A stretch of DNA of 54,986 nucleotides from Octopus bimaculoides. Taxonomy: Eukaryota. Below the pieces are notes generated by a model. It was not told the DNA's origin. It saw nothing but the letters and a program-made list of their open reading frames with translations, and searched no databases. This document shows, piece after piece, positions 12,166 to 26,462 of the stretch; within the stretch, counting starts at the first letter, position 1; each line of letters starts with the position of its first letter. The stretch is taken from contig NC_068987.1 of NCBI RefSeq assembly GCF_001194135.2, positions 107,980,231-108,035,216 of the forward strand, read 5' to 3'. Both the position numbers and the translations under genes were made by a program.

Positions 12166-13845
12166 TAGTACTAGTAATGAGGTATATTGTTATATACAAT
12201 TGTGGATAATTACAGAAAAAAATGGCAAAATATGATACAGCCGTTAAAAAAACAGAGTTAAATTTTCATGAAGTCAAATGTGACTTATGCAAACTAAAGG
12301 AAAAGTATTTTATTTTCCAACCTTTTGAAATGAGATGATAAATGTATACAAACTGTTTGTGATTGAACGTAGAGAAAAAAGGAGATGATACTTATTTATG
12401 TTAGTGTATTACATTGATTTATTAGGTTTTGTATTGTTTTATGGCTTTGTGTGTTATTATCAGTTCTTTCAGGTTTCAAAGAATAACATTGAGTACGTCA
12501 ATAAATAATAGATAGGTTGGCGATGCCTGTGTCGCCAACCCATATATTATCTGTTGACGAATTATCTATAAAAAAAAATGGCGAAAGTAATCTTTCCGAA
12601 TGGATAACAACATGCCAGTTTAATAATAAAAAGAAAAAAAAACTAATAGATAAGTAGATATGAATTTAGAGAAGTTAATTATGGCAACAATGAGATAATG
12701 AGCAATAAATGAAGAAGTGTGTATGCGAGCGTTGATAAGATTTGAAAAAAAATCTAGCACTGACGTAATCTGAAAGTGCGATTTAAGAACACTAAATAAA
12801 TTGTACATCGCTATATAAATTCGATATAAGATAGATTGGAAGGATTGTAAAGGTTTGAAAAGTGTGTGCTTGTAAAAACTTAATCCTTCGAAATGTCTGT
12901 TGAATAGGATTTTCTTTTAAATATATAATTCTCAAGGTATTTGTAGTAGAAAGTGAGGTAGGCTTTTGTTACTTGTTTTGTATATAGCCGTACCAATATT
13001 ACTCTAATGTTGTTTTAGCGAATGATTTATTCTTCAAATCCCAGAACTCTTTTTCTCTGAAAGAAACGTGGGAACGACTGCGGTAAAATTGACACGGGAA
13101 TGGCTTACACATTTTGTAGATGTACGCCGTTGCTACTACTATAATTTAATTTCAGCGAAGTCCTTACTGTTTAATAAATAGGGTACCAATTTGCGATAGC
13201 TGGAAACATTTTCATGAAAGATCATAATTTTCGCTCTGATAGCAGCGGAAATAGCAACTTTACACATGTTCATATCTTTCAGATAAAATTAAATTTAACG
13301 GAAGACAAACAAAATACTGGTTAAGATAGGAGGACTATCATTTATATCAGATTGTTGAAAACTATGCATCTAAAGCGAGCGCTTCCTATTTATTGCTGTT
13401 CCATTATTCCTAATTAATACAAAAAGGTATTAACCTTGGAAATATGTTATGCAAGATAAATAAATGAATATATAAATATGTTTGTGTTGGATTATGCGCC
13501 CGCGGTGCCAGTGTGTGAATGCGTTTGTGTGTGTGTGTATGGTCATATATATATGTGAATAAATGTATACATCTATGTATATATATACCTACATGTACTT
13601 TTATAAATATATAGACATACAGTCACATTTATGTATGCTTGTGTATATATAAGTATATGTGTAGTACATATACATGAATTAATCGATCTATTTATTTATC
13701 TATCTATGAACAAAGATAGATATAAAACATACATATATATCATCACTTCATTTAATGCAAAATACAAAGCAGTTGTCGCAAATTTCTGGGAACTTTCCAG
13801 TCGTGTGTACGTATATATGTGTATGTATGTATGTATGTATGTATG

Positions 13846-13883
<38 letters not shown>

Positions 13884-14479
13884 NNNNNNNNNNNNNNNNN
13901 NNNNNNNNNNNNNNNNNNNNNNNNNNNNNNNNNNNNNNNNNNNNNNNNNNNNNNNNNNNNNNNNNNNNNNNNNNNNNNNNNNNNNNNNNNNNNNNNNNNN
14001 NNNNNNNNNNNNNNNNNNNNNNNNNNNNNNNNNNNNNNNNNNNNNNNNNNNNNNNNNNNNNNNNNNNNNNNNNNNNNNNNNNNNNNNNNNNNNNNNNNNN
14101 NNNNNNNNNNNNNNNNNNNNNNNNNNNNNNNNNNNNNNNNNNNNNNNNNNNNNNNNNNNNNNNNNNNNTATATATATATACATCTGTGGTGCGTAATTTG
14201 TGCATACATCACTAAATCTGAAAATGCTTATATTTCCTGCAATGGGTTTATCTCCTCAATACACAATAAATCAATTAATCGAAAATGTAATAACTTATAT
14301 TTGAAATGAGAACAGTCTTTACCTTTTGAATATCAATGTATTTTGTCCCAGTACAAATATTTAAACTCCGAATATTAGATTTAATCCCAGTAAAGAATGC
14401 TGGTTGATCCGATCCAGTAAACCACTTCTATAATAATATGAACAACAACAACAACAATAATAATAATAATAATGGTGTC

Positions 14480-14598
14480 AACTTATTCCGCAAGGGCAGC
14501 AAATTGTTGTGGGAATGAGTCGATGTCATCGAATTCATTTTCAACTGGTAGTTATTTTATCGACACCGAGAGGATGAAAGGCAAAGTCGATTTGGGCG

Positions 14599-14601
<3 letters not shown>
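14480..14601 (-). mobile_element. SINE family A 3' half embedded in an (AAT)n array
   Basis: tatcgacaccgagaggatgaaaggcaaagtcgatttgggcgga, flanked by (AAT)n on both sides. Confidence 0.75.
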
Positions 14602-14661
<60 letters not shown>

Positions 14662-14800
14662 CAACAGCAACAACAACAACAACAACAATAATAATAATAT
14701 TAATAATAATAATAATAATATGAGAAGAAGAAGAAGAAGAAGAAGAAGAAGAAGAAGAAGAAGAAGAAGAAGAAGAAGAAGAAGAAGAAGAAGAAGAAGA
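14601..14800. repeat. Compound (AAT)n/(AAC)n/(GAA)n microsatellite
   Basis: Direct inspection. Confidence 0.97.
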
Positions 14801-14993
14801 ATATAGGCACAAGGTATGGAATTTGTAGGGAGTGGATAAGTCGATCACATCGACCCAGTATTCAGCTGGTACTTAATTTATCGACTCGGAAAGTAGGAAA
14901 GGAAGTCTTCCTCGGTGGTATTTGAAGAATCAAGATGACGGACGAAATGCCTCTAAGTGTTTTGCCCGACACGAAAATGATTCTGCCACCTCT

Positions 14994-14994
<1 letters not shown>
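14801..14994 (-). mobile_element. SINE family A copy between (GAA)n and (TAG)n arrays
   Basis: ggtacttaatttatcgac...ggacgaaatgcc...gattctgccacctctt. Confidence 0.78.
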
Positions 14995-15044
<50 letters not shown>

Positions 15045-15046
<2 letters not shown>

Positions 15047-15420
15047 AAGGTAGAAACATGTCAGCAATGCAATTTGTAAAACTGTCGAATTATAAGGTCT
15101 TTGAGGTTGAGATATATAGGAGGTGGCATTTAAAACCCAAAACCATCCCTGCCGTTCTGAATGCCCTGTGAATGATACATAAAGGAGTGACACATTTTTT
15201 GACAAGATCCCAGGGAAACCGGCAATGTATGAATCTCAAAAATAGTATTGACTTCAACCACCCACATTCTCAGGAAGTTTCTCTTCCATGTAACCGATAA
15301 TGAGTAAACAAATAAAAGACAAAAGAAACATATTTCTGTGTGCAGTTTTGGTTGAAATGACTTCCATGACAGGTCAGGTATGAAGTGCGTAAAGTAACAA
15401 TAGCAACATATGAAATAACA
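15045..15420 (+). mobile_element. R4/Dong-like non-LTR retrotransposon 3' end
   Basis: Reads KLSNYKVFEVEIYRRWHLKPKTIPAVLNAL*MIHKG...SKIVLTST, matching the C-terminal K..KY.DL..EI..MW....IPVVIGALG...QK..L pattern of RLE-type LINEs. Confidence 0.7.
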
Positions 15421-15829
15421 GCCACATAATTCTTTGAAAAGCAAGAAATAGCAGCCAACTTTCTCTAACACATTTCATTATAGAATGAGGGCGCATCTAG
15501 TATATCTCGCAGAAAAAAATGAAGATTTAAAAAGAGAAAAATACTTGTTTTAAATGTCGATTAAAATAGACGTTCCAAAACGCCCCGTGATATTTGAAAA
15601 TCCGCCAAGTAGAAGCAGTACTCTACTGTATATTTTTATTATTATTTTTATAATTNNNNNNNNNNTATTATTATTATTATTATTATTATTATAATTATAA
15701 TTATTATTATTATTATTATAAATGCAAAACAACACCATGGGGGAATAGACGTAAACATACATAATAAACCGCGATAGGTGAACAACAATATGCCGAGGGA
15801 TTACTGAAAAAGATTTTCATCGATATAAT

Positions 15830-16041
15830 CCCTTTCTACTATAGGCACAAGATCCGAAATCTAGCAGAGGGAGACAATCGATTACATCGACACAGTGTTT
15901 TACTGGTACTTAATTTATCGACCCCAAAAAGATGAAATGCAAAGTCGACCTCGGCGCAATTTGAAATCAAAACATTACGACAATGGAATTCCATGAAGCA
16001 TTTCGTTTAGCATGCTAGCGTCTCTGCCAGCTCGATGCCTT
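15830..16041 (-). mobile_element. SINE family A copy
   Basis: actggtacttaatttatcgaccccaaaaagatgaaatgcaaagtcgacctcggcgcaatttgaa...gccagctcgatgcctt. Confidence 0.85.
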
Positions 16042-17269
16042 GATTTTCATCGATAAGATACCTTAATATTGTGCCTGTTAGTAAATAACAATAAAACTAT
16101 TTCTATGTTACTCTAGACGAATGAAAGTTTACAGTATTTGCCTGAGTAAAAGTACATTTTACTTAATTCGGAGTCTCTGTGATCTACTACTGATGACATA
16201 ACATATATTAGGCAGTTATATACATATTCCTGTTCATAGCTGTACTATTTTCAAAACACATACATTCACTCACACACACACACACACACACAAACACGCA
16301 CCCACATATATACACGTTAAAAATATTAATAGTAAACTAAATAGAGAAAACGGAAAACGGAATTGTCTAAAGTAGTTGAAAAAGAAAAAGTAAATGCACA
16401 TAGATTTGGAAACAAATAGACAAACACCCTAATACATACATACATACATACATATATATATATATANNNNNNNNNNNNNNNNNNNNNNNNNNNNNNNNNN
16501 NNNNNNNNNNNNNNNNNNNNNNNNNNNNNNNNNNNNNNNNNNNNNNNNNNNNNNNNNNNNNNNNNNNNNNNNNNNNNNNNNNNNNNNNNNNNNNNNNNNN
16601 NNNNNNNNNNNNNNNNNNNNNNNNNNNNNNNNNNNNNNNNNNNNNNNNNNNNNNNNNNNNNNNNNNNNNNNNNNNNNNNNNNNNNNNNNNNNNNNNNNNN
16701 NNNNNNNNNNNNNNNNNNNNNNNNNNNNNNNNNNNNNNNNNNNNNNNNNNNNNNNNNNNNNNNNNNNNNNNNNNNNNNNNNNNNNNNNNNNNNNNNNNNN
16801 NNNNNNNNNNNNNNNNNNNNNNNNNNNNNNNNNNNNNNNNNNNNNNNNNNNNNNNNNNNNNNNNNNNNNNNNNNNNNNNNNNNNNNNNNNNNNNNNNNNN
16901 NNNNNNNNNNNNNNNNNNNNNNNNNNNNNNNNNNNNNNNNNNNNNNNNNNNNNNNNNNNNNNNNNNNNNNNNNNNNNNNNNNNNNNNNNNNNNNNNNNNN
17001 NNNNNNNNNNNNNNNNNNNNNNNNNNNNNNNNNNNNNNNNNNNNNNNNNNNNNNNNNNNNNNNNNNNNNNNNNNNNNNNNNNNNNNNNNNNNNNNNNNNN
17101 NNNNNNNNNNNNNNNNNNNNNNNNNNNNNNNNNNNNNNNNNNNNNNNNNNNNNNNNNNNNNNNNNNNNNNNNNNNNNNNNNNNNNNNNNNNNNNNNNNNN
17201 NNNNNNNNNNNNNNNNNNNNNNNNNNNNNNNNNNNNNNNNNNNNNNNNNNNNNNNNNNNNNNNNNNNNN

Positions 17270-17316
<47 letters not shown>

Positions 17317-18409
17317 GGGTGTATATATATGTCTGTATATATAAATATATAAATACATGTATATGTATGTGTATATGTATAGTTGTATGTTTTGTATGTA
17401 TACATGCATGCATAAGTATTCGGTTGGTGTTGGATTTTGGATACAAATAGGTGTGTGTGTGTGTATGTGTGTGTTTCATCACATCACACGATTCCGCATC
17501 GAGGATCTTTCAAAAGAAATGTATATATATATATATATACACACACCATCCTACCATAGATAAAACACACACATACTCATATACACATTCCACAATAAAC
17601 TCTGGGACCAATAAAAACGGCACACACACACACACACCCACACACACGGACACAAACACACATATATACACACACACATAGAGATGTGCACAAAACCAGT
17701 CCCCAAAACCAGTGAACCATGACAGACTAGCTCACAGACCAACCAAAAATCAAAAAATCCCTTTTAACACTTCCTTCCTCCCACCCCAGCTAGCGAGTCA
17801 TATTGTCTCTTAAGACAGCAAACATTCCCTCAATACACACAAGAGAAAAAAGCTAGGTCAGTTCCTCCTCAACTTTTTGCGAACTCTTAAATATATTTCC
17901 TGGGTATATATATACATATTTTACCAAATCCTTTTTGTTATAACAACGTTGTAAACTGTTTCAAACATATTCTTATTATTATTATCAAAGAATATGTATA
18001 TGTATTTTTCCATATATGTATCTTCATACTTACACCGGTTTTAACATTTTCATCTTATTATCAGAGAATGTGTGATAATCAGTATGTAACACTACAAAGC
18101 TCATACAAAGCTTTATACTTTAAATATATTCCTCTTATTATCATTAAAGAATGTATATATGCATTTTAATACTCAAACTGTTTTTTAACATNNNNNNNNN
18201 NNNNNNNNNNNNNNNNNNNNNNNNNNNNNNNNNNNNNNNNNNNNNNNNNNNNNNNNNNNNNNNNNNNNNNNNNNNNNNNNNNNNNNNNNNNNNNNNNNNN
18301 NNNNNNNNNNNNNNNNNNNNNNNNNNNNNNNNNNNNNNNNNNNNNNNNNNNNNNNNNNNNNNNNNNNNNNNNNNNNNNNNNNNNNNNNNNNNNNNNNNNN
18401 NNNNNNNNN

Positions 18410-18479
<70 letters not shown>

Positions 18480-19736
18480 GTATATATATGTATGTATGCA
18501 TGTGTATATGTATGTGTGTATATATATATATCTGTATACATATATATACATATATATATACCTGATCATTGGTTACACATATATATCTGTATGACAACTT
18601 GTTTTATTTTGTTTTCACGTATTCTTCATGCCAGATTCGAATCGTATCTGTATTTCCCAAAACGATGACCGTATGTTTAAATGGTCCGATAAGGATATTT
18701 TGTATTTTTTTTTATTATCTAATATCTAAGGAATGTTTTGATTCGCGTCATTTGTAAGAACATCGTAGGAAAACATGGTAGCTAGAATATTTTGAGATAA
18801 GCTAACTGCATGTCGCAACACACACACGAAAATACATCAAAGTTAAACCGATATATATCCACGGTTGGTACACGATATCTTGAAAGACGGAGTAACGAAG
18901 AATCTCCCAGCACAAATGAACATAATTATACATATGTAGTCCTATCTGATATTCGATGCCTATCCTCATTTATATCGCTGATAATATATGAAATGGTACT
19001 GGGAAATGTTTGTATTTTAGACCATTTCATTGCAGGCGGCATTGAACTCCACCAAAAATGATATTTTATAGAGAAGAGGAATTTGGAATAACCTGAAACT
19101 TCTATATAACCACAGTATTCCCAGAGTGGATTTATGTCTTGATAATAGTTTGACATATTAGAATCGAGATTTTCATATCCAGTGAAAAACACTCAGAATG
19201 GATGCTCTATCCGCCAGAAATAGCTGTCAAATATCCATCAGATTCTTCCATGTTCAGAAACTGCAAAAATCAAGACAGGACATATTGGCTCAAATAATTC
19301 ATGCACCTTATCTCTTATACCTCTCAAATGGATTTCACAAACACTGAATTCTTTGCAATCTGGTTCAAAGGCACCATCCCTTAATTCTCTAAAAACATTA
19401 TACATTTAAAGCCCGAGATGATGTTTTTATAAATAGCGGTATAGTCGTAAACTTCCAGGCATTATATATTCCATACATCATTCACAAATACATTAAGTGG
19501 TACAACAAAACCGAAGATATTCTTTGGATTTGTTTTAGTTCCTTCTTATAGTAATATTTCACTGTTATTTCTAGCGGAAGGCATGAACATAGTGAGACCT
19601 CTTCATTGGCTCAATAATAGCGGAGTATATCGAATTGATGAAATGTTTGTCCATGGTACATGAGCATTAGTTACCTAGATTGATAACAAAACAACGACAC
19701 CTTTTTACAGATAAATAGAAATAGACAGAAAGAAAG

Positions 19737-19738
19737 GC

Positions 19739-19819
<81 letters not shown>

Positions 19820-19823
19820 GATT

Positions 19824-19890
<67 letters not shown>
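19737..19890. repeat. (GATA)n microsatellite
   Basis: Direct inspection. Confidence 0.97.
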
Positions 19891-20547
19891 GCAAGGCTAG
19901 ATAGACAGAATAGTAGTTATGAATGTGTATTCGCTGTAGACACACCTAACAAGTCTATTATTTTATCATTCTATGGAGAATTATCGATTATTGGTTGATA
20001 GGTGATTCTGTTAGCGATGGTGAGAAGAGAAAACATTGGAAATGCAATAAATGCTTTCAAATGAATTAACAAGGTAGAATGGTTGGCACAGAGGAATATC
20101 AAACAGCATAGCTGTTGAACTCTTCAACAGAAATGTCGAGTTACATCATCACACTTGTGGGTATATAAAAGAATACAAAAATATAAATAGACACGGTCGC
20201 ATACAAAACACTCTTACGTATGCGCATATATGCATATACACATATATTTATATGTGTGTGTGTGTGTACATACATATATATATACGGTTGTATATATATA
20301 TTTACATGTGTACAGTTATATATATATTTCTGTTTATGTAAAGTACGTATGTATAATTACACATACATGCCAACTGCATATGGAGATATAAAAAATTACT
20401 GACACATACAAACAAACACACACACACACACGTATGAAAGTATGTATAATTACATATATGTATATACCAAATGCACATGCATATATATGCATTTATGTCA
20501 ATGTAGGTATACACATACACACACGCACATATATGCAAATATATACG

Positions 20548-20578
<31 letters not shown>

Positions 20579-21639
20579 NNNNNNNNNNNNNNNNNNNNNN
20601 NNNNNNNNNNNNNNNNNNNNNNNNNNNNNNNNNNNNNNNNNNNNNNNNNNNNNNNNNNNNNNNNNNNNNNNNNNNNNNNNNNNNNNNNNNNNNNNNNNNN
20701 NNNNNNNNNNNNNNNNNNNNNNNNNNNNNNNNNNNNNNNNNNNNNNNNNNNNNNNNNNNNNNNNNNNNNNNNNNNNNNNNNNNNNNNNNNNNNNNNNNNN
20801 NNNNNNNNNNNNNNNNNNNNNNNNNNNNNNNNNNNNNNNNNNNNNNNNNNNNNNNNNNNNNNNNNNNNNNNNNNNNNNNNNNNNNNNNNNNNNNNNNNNN
20901 NNNNNNNNNNNNNNNNNNNNNNNNNNNNNNNNNNNNNNNNNNNNNNNNNNNNNNNNNNNNNNNNNNNNNNNNNNNNNNNNNNNNNNNNNNNNNNNNNNNN
21001 NNNNNNNNNNNNNNNNNNNNNATATATATATATATATACAATAAGAGAAGGACAGATAGAGTTATTGAGTATGGAACACATTAACACTTAACCACAAAGA
21101 GGCGTGCATAAAATTTAGTCCAGCATCATACCCTTAGGAAGGGCGAATTAGAACAAATTAAGAGATATGCTTTAATCTCATCATCAGCATATCAATAGTT
21201 AATCTCAATTGAATATATTCATGCGCCCAGCGTAGAAAGCTGGCTACTGTTACGAGATAATGGTACTTTGAAAGCTAATTTATGACGCCTGAAAAATGGT
21301 GAGTGTAGTAAACGTTAGTATTTTAGTAGCTTTATAACTAATGTCCCTGCCAAGGATCTGCCGCAATAAACGCGTCTGAATGCATGTGTGTCTGTTTGTG
21401 TTTGTGTTTGTGTGTCTGTGAGAGTGTGTGTGTGTGTGTTTGAGCGGGTATGTGTATGTGTAGATATGTATTTAAATCTCCATGTAAGTATGCATGTGTA
21501 TGCGAATATCTATATAAACATATATATATATATATATATATATATGCATGGATGTACGTATGTGCGTATGCACACTTACACATGCACATTTTTTTTTATT
21601 CTTGAGTGTGTGTGAGCGTGAATATGCTGGTTAGATATA

Positions 21640-21850
21640 ATGTATTCGGTTGGTCGACAGGAATGGACAAAATGGTTCGAGACATTTGTTCCGGTTCGTT
21701 ATATTAAGAGCTCAAATCCCGCCGAAATTAACTATGCTCTCTAACGTTTCGCGGTCGATAGGATAAAGCAGCAATTCTGAACTCAGATTGACGGTGTCCC
21801 CCGACACACCTCCGCTCAAAACTGCTGGCCTTATATCTAAGTTAGAAATA
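21640..21850 (+). mobile_element. Degenerate SINE family A copy
   Basis: gagctcaaatcccgccgaaattaactatgc...cggtcgatagg. Confidence 0.55.
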
Positions 21851-22114
21851 ATTATCATTGCTGTTGTTACTGATGTGTTACGTGTGATGGTAATTGGGAG
21901 AATGCATCTAAAAATAACCATATACATATATACATACTTACATACATACACACACACATATATATATATAAATCAAAATAAGCAACAGGATATCATGTAG
22001 CGATGCAGTACGACCGTTTCTGGCGGCTCCATTTAATTGGTGCTTCAACATAAGTACATAATTCAACAGAATCCCAATTATTTCTTATATATGTATATAT
22101 GTGTGTGTGTGTAT

Positions 22115-22336
22115 TACAAGGACGGTGCTGAAAATTTCCTGGTTTTAAGGGTATCTGGAAAGGCCAGATTTGATGCCCAAAACCCACGAGTTCTTTTATA
22201 CAGCTTAGAAAATCTGAATGAACACTGCAACACCTGTGTTAATCTGAGAGGAGAATATATTGTATAGGATCGTAAACAACTGAATCCATCTGCCGCTATA
22301 TTCTTTTACTTTCTTTTCGGCAGCCCGCATTCGGTA
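22115..22336 (-). mobile_element. Short non-autonomous mariner derivative (~220 bp)
   Basis: TIR-like tacaaggacggtgctgaaaatttcctgg at 22115, a residual transposase C-terminus (HCNTCVNLRGEYIV*, read on the plus strand) and a decayed opposite end. Confidence 0.65.
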
Positions 22337-22342
22337 CGGTGT

Positions 22343-22418
22343 GTGGGTGTGTGTGAGTGTGAGTGTGGGTGTGTGTGAGTGTGAGTGTGGGTGTGTGTGA
22401 GTGTGAGTGTGGGTGTGC
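22343..22418. repeat. 22-bp GT-rich minisatellite (gtgggtgtgtgtgagtgtgagt), ~3.4 copies
   Basis: Direct inspection. Confidence 0.85.
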
Positions 22419-22424
22419 GTGTCT

Positions 22425-22730
22425 GTGCAGGCATGTCTGTGTGATAAGAGGCTTGCTTTTCGACCACATGGTTCCGGGTTCAGTCCGACTATATGGCCTT
22501 TTGGGCAAGTATCTTCTATAACCTTGGATCGACCAATGTTTTGTGAGTGAATTTGTAGATTTGCACTCCACCACCACCTCACAACAGCTGTTGGTGTGTT
22601 AACGTCCCCCTCACTTAGCAGTTTGGCAAAAGTTTCCGAGAGAATCAGTAGCAGGTTTTAAAAAAAGCATTGGGATCGATTCATTCGACTAAAAATTCTA
22701 CAAAAGCAGCGTAATGATTGAAACAAGCAA
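22425..22730 (+). mobile_element. tRNA-derived SINE family C (CORE-like)
   Basis: Head gcaggcatgtctgtgtgataag...ggttccgggttcagtcc (B box), central ttgggcaagtatcttct, and 3' gggatcgattcattcgactaaa...tgattgaaacaag. Confidence 0.7.
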
Positions 22731-23169
22731 TATATGAAAGATATTTAATGTGGCTACTCGCTTCACTATTCATATATATACACACATATATGTTCATACT
22801 TACACATACTCACTACTACAATTGTTTTAATAATAACTACATTATCGTATCTGTCTTCACATGTGAACGATGTGAATGTGAACGTGCTTATGCTTTTCTT
22901 ATACAGACGAGTACATCATGTTTTCTGTTGTTGCATCCTGTGTATGAGTGAAAGTGTTCTGCCCTAGACTGCTTCACGATTGCTAAGAACGGCATTTCGA
23001 ATGAGGAAGAACATCTAACGAGCCGATACAAATCTAGACCACAATTTCACAGGAAAGACCTACGTTCACATTGCAACGTTGCATAGTATGATCCTTGGAA
23101 TGTTTCGCTGGTTGTCTGAAAAGACTTTCTGAAGTAGTAAAAAAGTAACTTAGCGTAACCTAGCGGTTC

Positions 23170-23497
23170 TGCATCCGCCAAGGGAAGGTATGTCGGAAGA
23201 AAGTAATTCAACAACGCGGGTTGATGAACCGTAAGACGTGTGGCCAGAACCTCCTGGAAGATAACCATAGCGAGGGACATTCCACAGTTGAATTAGAACA
23301 GTCACAAACAGTGAAAGAAGACATGCACCCAACACCAGAGCTGAAAACACCTCCGAAAGGGGGTGGCCCCGCCACGTCAAAACGGTAGAAGAGTAGGGGC
23401 CGAAACCGGACGTGGTTCATCCTGATGATGTCTTGAGCTAACTGGATCCTATAAAGGAGTTGTTGTGGTAGCAGACCACGAAACATGGTTGAAATTC
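23170..23497 (+). mobile_element. Probable LTR-retrotransposon fragment (pol 3' end, PPT, LTR start) inserted in a family C SINE
   Basis: GC-richer decayed coding-like sequence ending ...taaaggag-t-TGTTGTGG. It is flanked by SINE C pieces gtaacttagcg (23145) and ctaggcttacaaagaataag (23498). Confidence 0.35.
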
Positions 23498-23603
23498 CTA
23501 GGCTTACAAAGAATAAGTCCTGGGGTCGATTTGCTCGACTAAAGGCGGTGCTTCTGCATGGCCGCAGTCAAATGACTGAAACAAGTAAAAGAGTAAAAGA
23601 GTA
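23498..23603 (+). mobile_element. SINE family C 3' end
   Basis: ctaggcttacaaagaataagtcctggggtcgatttgctcgactaaaggcggtgc...gactgaaacaagtaaaagagtaaaagagta, homologous to 22640-22730. Confidence 0.8.
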
Positions 23604-23884
23604 TGTACGAATACTTCCGTTTTATGCTGAAGAAGGGAAATCACAAAATTGATTCGTTTTGCCACAAAATTGGGGCTACATATATCGAGACATAAGCTAC
23701 AATAAAACCGATCCGCTGTAGGAAGCTGTGTCATCGTCTGACACTTAAGTAATCTTTTTAAAATACCATGACAGGTGACGAAAAACGTGCTACGTGACTT
23801 ACCGTCGAAACAAAAGTTCATTGTTATAGTGGGTTGAGGCATTTTCTGTGCGACCTATATAAACATATCATAATCATACAAATA

Positions 23885-23924
<40 letters not shown>

Positions 23925-23928
23925 TGTT

Positions 23929-23960
<32 letters not shown>

Positions 23961-25373
23961 CGTTGTTGTAGTAGGAATAGTGATGTTGATCGTTAATATT
24001 TCATTTGAGATGCTTCCTACTTGATGAGTTTGTTTTGCTTGTTAGTAAATCAGATATGAGCTTTATTTGGGAAAATTATTTCTTTGATTTAATGCACTTA
24101 GCAAAGGTAGGATCAAGGTAGAAGCCCTTGACAGTGACATCCAATTGTTGCCGCACAATATGCACAAACATTAGTCGTTAATTGTGATATAATTCAGGCA
24201 AAGAATGAAATTACTATCGTGGTACTGAATTCTGAATTTGGATTCTCTAAACTTATCTAACTTCCTAAAATTCATATCTAACCCTCTAAAGTCACCGATA
24301 TCAAACGATAGAGGGGACTGTAGAAATTAGTTACAGCACCTGCTTCCTAATCCTGAAAACGCGATGCAGATCGTCTTCCAAATCTGGAGAAAGTAAAAAT
24401 TTAAATCCATGTGACTGATGTTGATAATGCGCTAATGGGAAAGCGTTCGAATATGTACATTGCATTATATTACTGGCAATACAACAGGTTTGATGTTTAT
24501 TAAATGTGGATTGTCTTTGTTTCTTCTTTTTTTTATACCTTTCTGGTTTTAACGTGCTTTCGTAGTATACCATTGGCGTTGGTTTATTGCTTGGTATAAT
24601 GCAATTCGCGTTTTGTTGTATAAGACTTATCTTAATATATTCAAATTTTCTAGCGTTGATGTATATCTGTTTCATGTCGTAGCAATTTATTTGTAGAAAA
24701 TAGATCAATGTGGCACGGATTGTCTGGGGAAAGATATTAAACTAAGCGTGGTGTTATACACCAGCCTGGGACGGGGAGGATTTATGGGGTTATAATTCAC
24801 CACTACTCTCAGGCCTGCCATGGCTGCTGGTATTGTAGCAATTGTTAGCTGCTGTACTTATGGTTCAAATAGCAGAAAGTGTTCTTTTCATTAATAAACA
24901 TAGTGCTGGTTGTTGGGCATGTCATACATGTATACACCAGTTATTGGACATAGGTTACTGTCAGTTGAAGCAAAATTCTTAAGTACCGAATAAGCCGAGT
25001 GCCTCGGGGACCTATTCAGAAGCGTAGGAGACTAGGAATGCAGATCGAAAATATACCGGCAGAAGATAACAAGGACTCATTGCTCTCTTATTCCTAAGAA
25101 AAGAAACATAAATGTCCATAATTACCAATGCCTATAAAACAGGCGTATGACATTTGGAGGGAAAAAGTAGACATGAATGCAGTATAGTGATATACACACA
25201 TACATGCATACATACATACATACATACATACATACATACATACATTTTTGCGACACTTCCCTTTTCTCTCTCGTCCTAATATTTCTTTTCTAGTAACCCT
25301 GCTTCATCTCTCCCTCTCTCGCGTCTTCTTACACTTAATTGTGAACTTTCTCCCTTCCTTCCCTTGTTCTCTC

Positions 25374-25404
<31 letters not shown>

Positions 25405-26430
25405 CCCTCTCTCTCTGTCACTCTCTCTTTCTCCTTCATTCCCTTCTATCTGCTACTCACATGTGACCAGTGACAGATTTCTTATCTTCTGCCTTTTTGC
25501 CACTGGACGACTTACGTAATTGTCAACTTTTTTTCTATTCTCAATTCTGTTCTTTTTATCTTTTCTGTTTTTTCCTCTTTTCAATTCTGTTCTTTACATC
25601 TATTGAGGATTTCTTCCAGGCGTTAATCCATCATTCACGTGTTTGGCCCCAATGCTATATTCATTTATTGTTTTCGTCTATCGTTTCAAATTACTGTTCT
25701 ACGTGTACATTTTGTAGTATTTAATGCATTTTTCATTTATGAAATAACCGACAGTAAAGATTCCATGCATCGCTACGCGCGTATCCACAAATCGCATGAC
25801 TCTCATGATCACAGTCCGTATTCGTGGGATGGTTGCAGTGTAGTCCGTAGTATCCGTGCGTATCCAGTTGATCAACATCAATGATTCATTTCTTTAGGCG
25901 ATATGACATTAGTGGATGTACCACTGAATGATGTTTATCCCTTTTTACCAATATGAATGTCAAGCGAGTTGTATGTGTGCTCTGTGTGTGTGGGTGTGTG
26001 GGTGTGTGTGTGTGTGTGTGTGTGTGTGTAGTTTGGCAATTACCTATTATATATTGCTATGTGCTTAGAGTATCGTATTTCCTACTATGTTGCTGTGTGG
26101 TTGGTTCTAACAGTTTGTTTGAATCTCTGTTGGCATGTTTGGCTTATTTTGTTGTCTTTATAAATCTTTCCATCAAAAACCAATAAAGTCTGGTAAAAGA
26201 ATGAAGAGGAATCAGATTATCTCTCCTTTTTACAAAGTGGATGATGTACGTGCTTACATCTCTTCATCATAAAGCTGAGAGCGACAAACTGTTGAAACAC
26301 CGATGAGGAGTTTAGGAAATTCATTCTTCTATTAAAGGCTCGGGAGATCGTATTTTATAATAAAATATATGTTGAGAAAGATCACGGCCATTTTTGCGAT
26401 GCAGCAGATGTGTACATGTGTGTGCGGGAG

Positions 26431-26462
<32 letters not shown>

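Noticed and set aside
12515-12540. 9-bp GC-rich hairpin ggttggcga-tgcctgtg-tcgccaacc
   Set aside because: An isolated short stem without the CTRR end of a Helitron or other supporting context; a rho-independent terminator is irrelevant in this eukaryotic DNA.
18926-19400. Long near-open minus frame (…CEIHLRGIRDKVHELFEPICP…)
   Set aside because: It contains stops, partly overlaps a decayed SINE-tail-like sequence (agaaatagctgtcaaat), and no family was recognised.
24709-25140. Possible solo LTR (TG start, AATAAA at ~24894)
   Set aside because: No CA end with a matching 4-6 bp TSD could be found.
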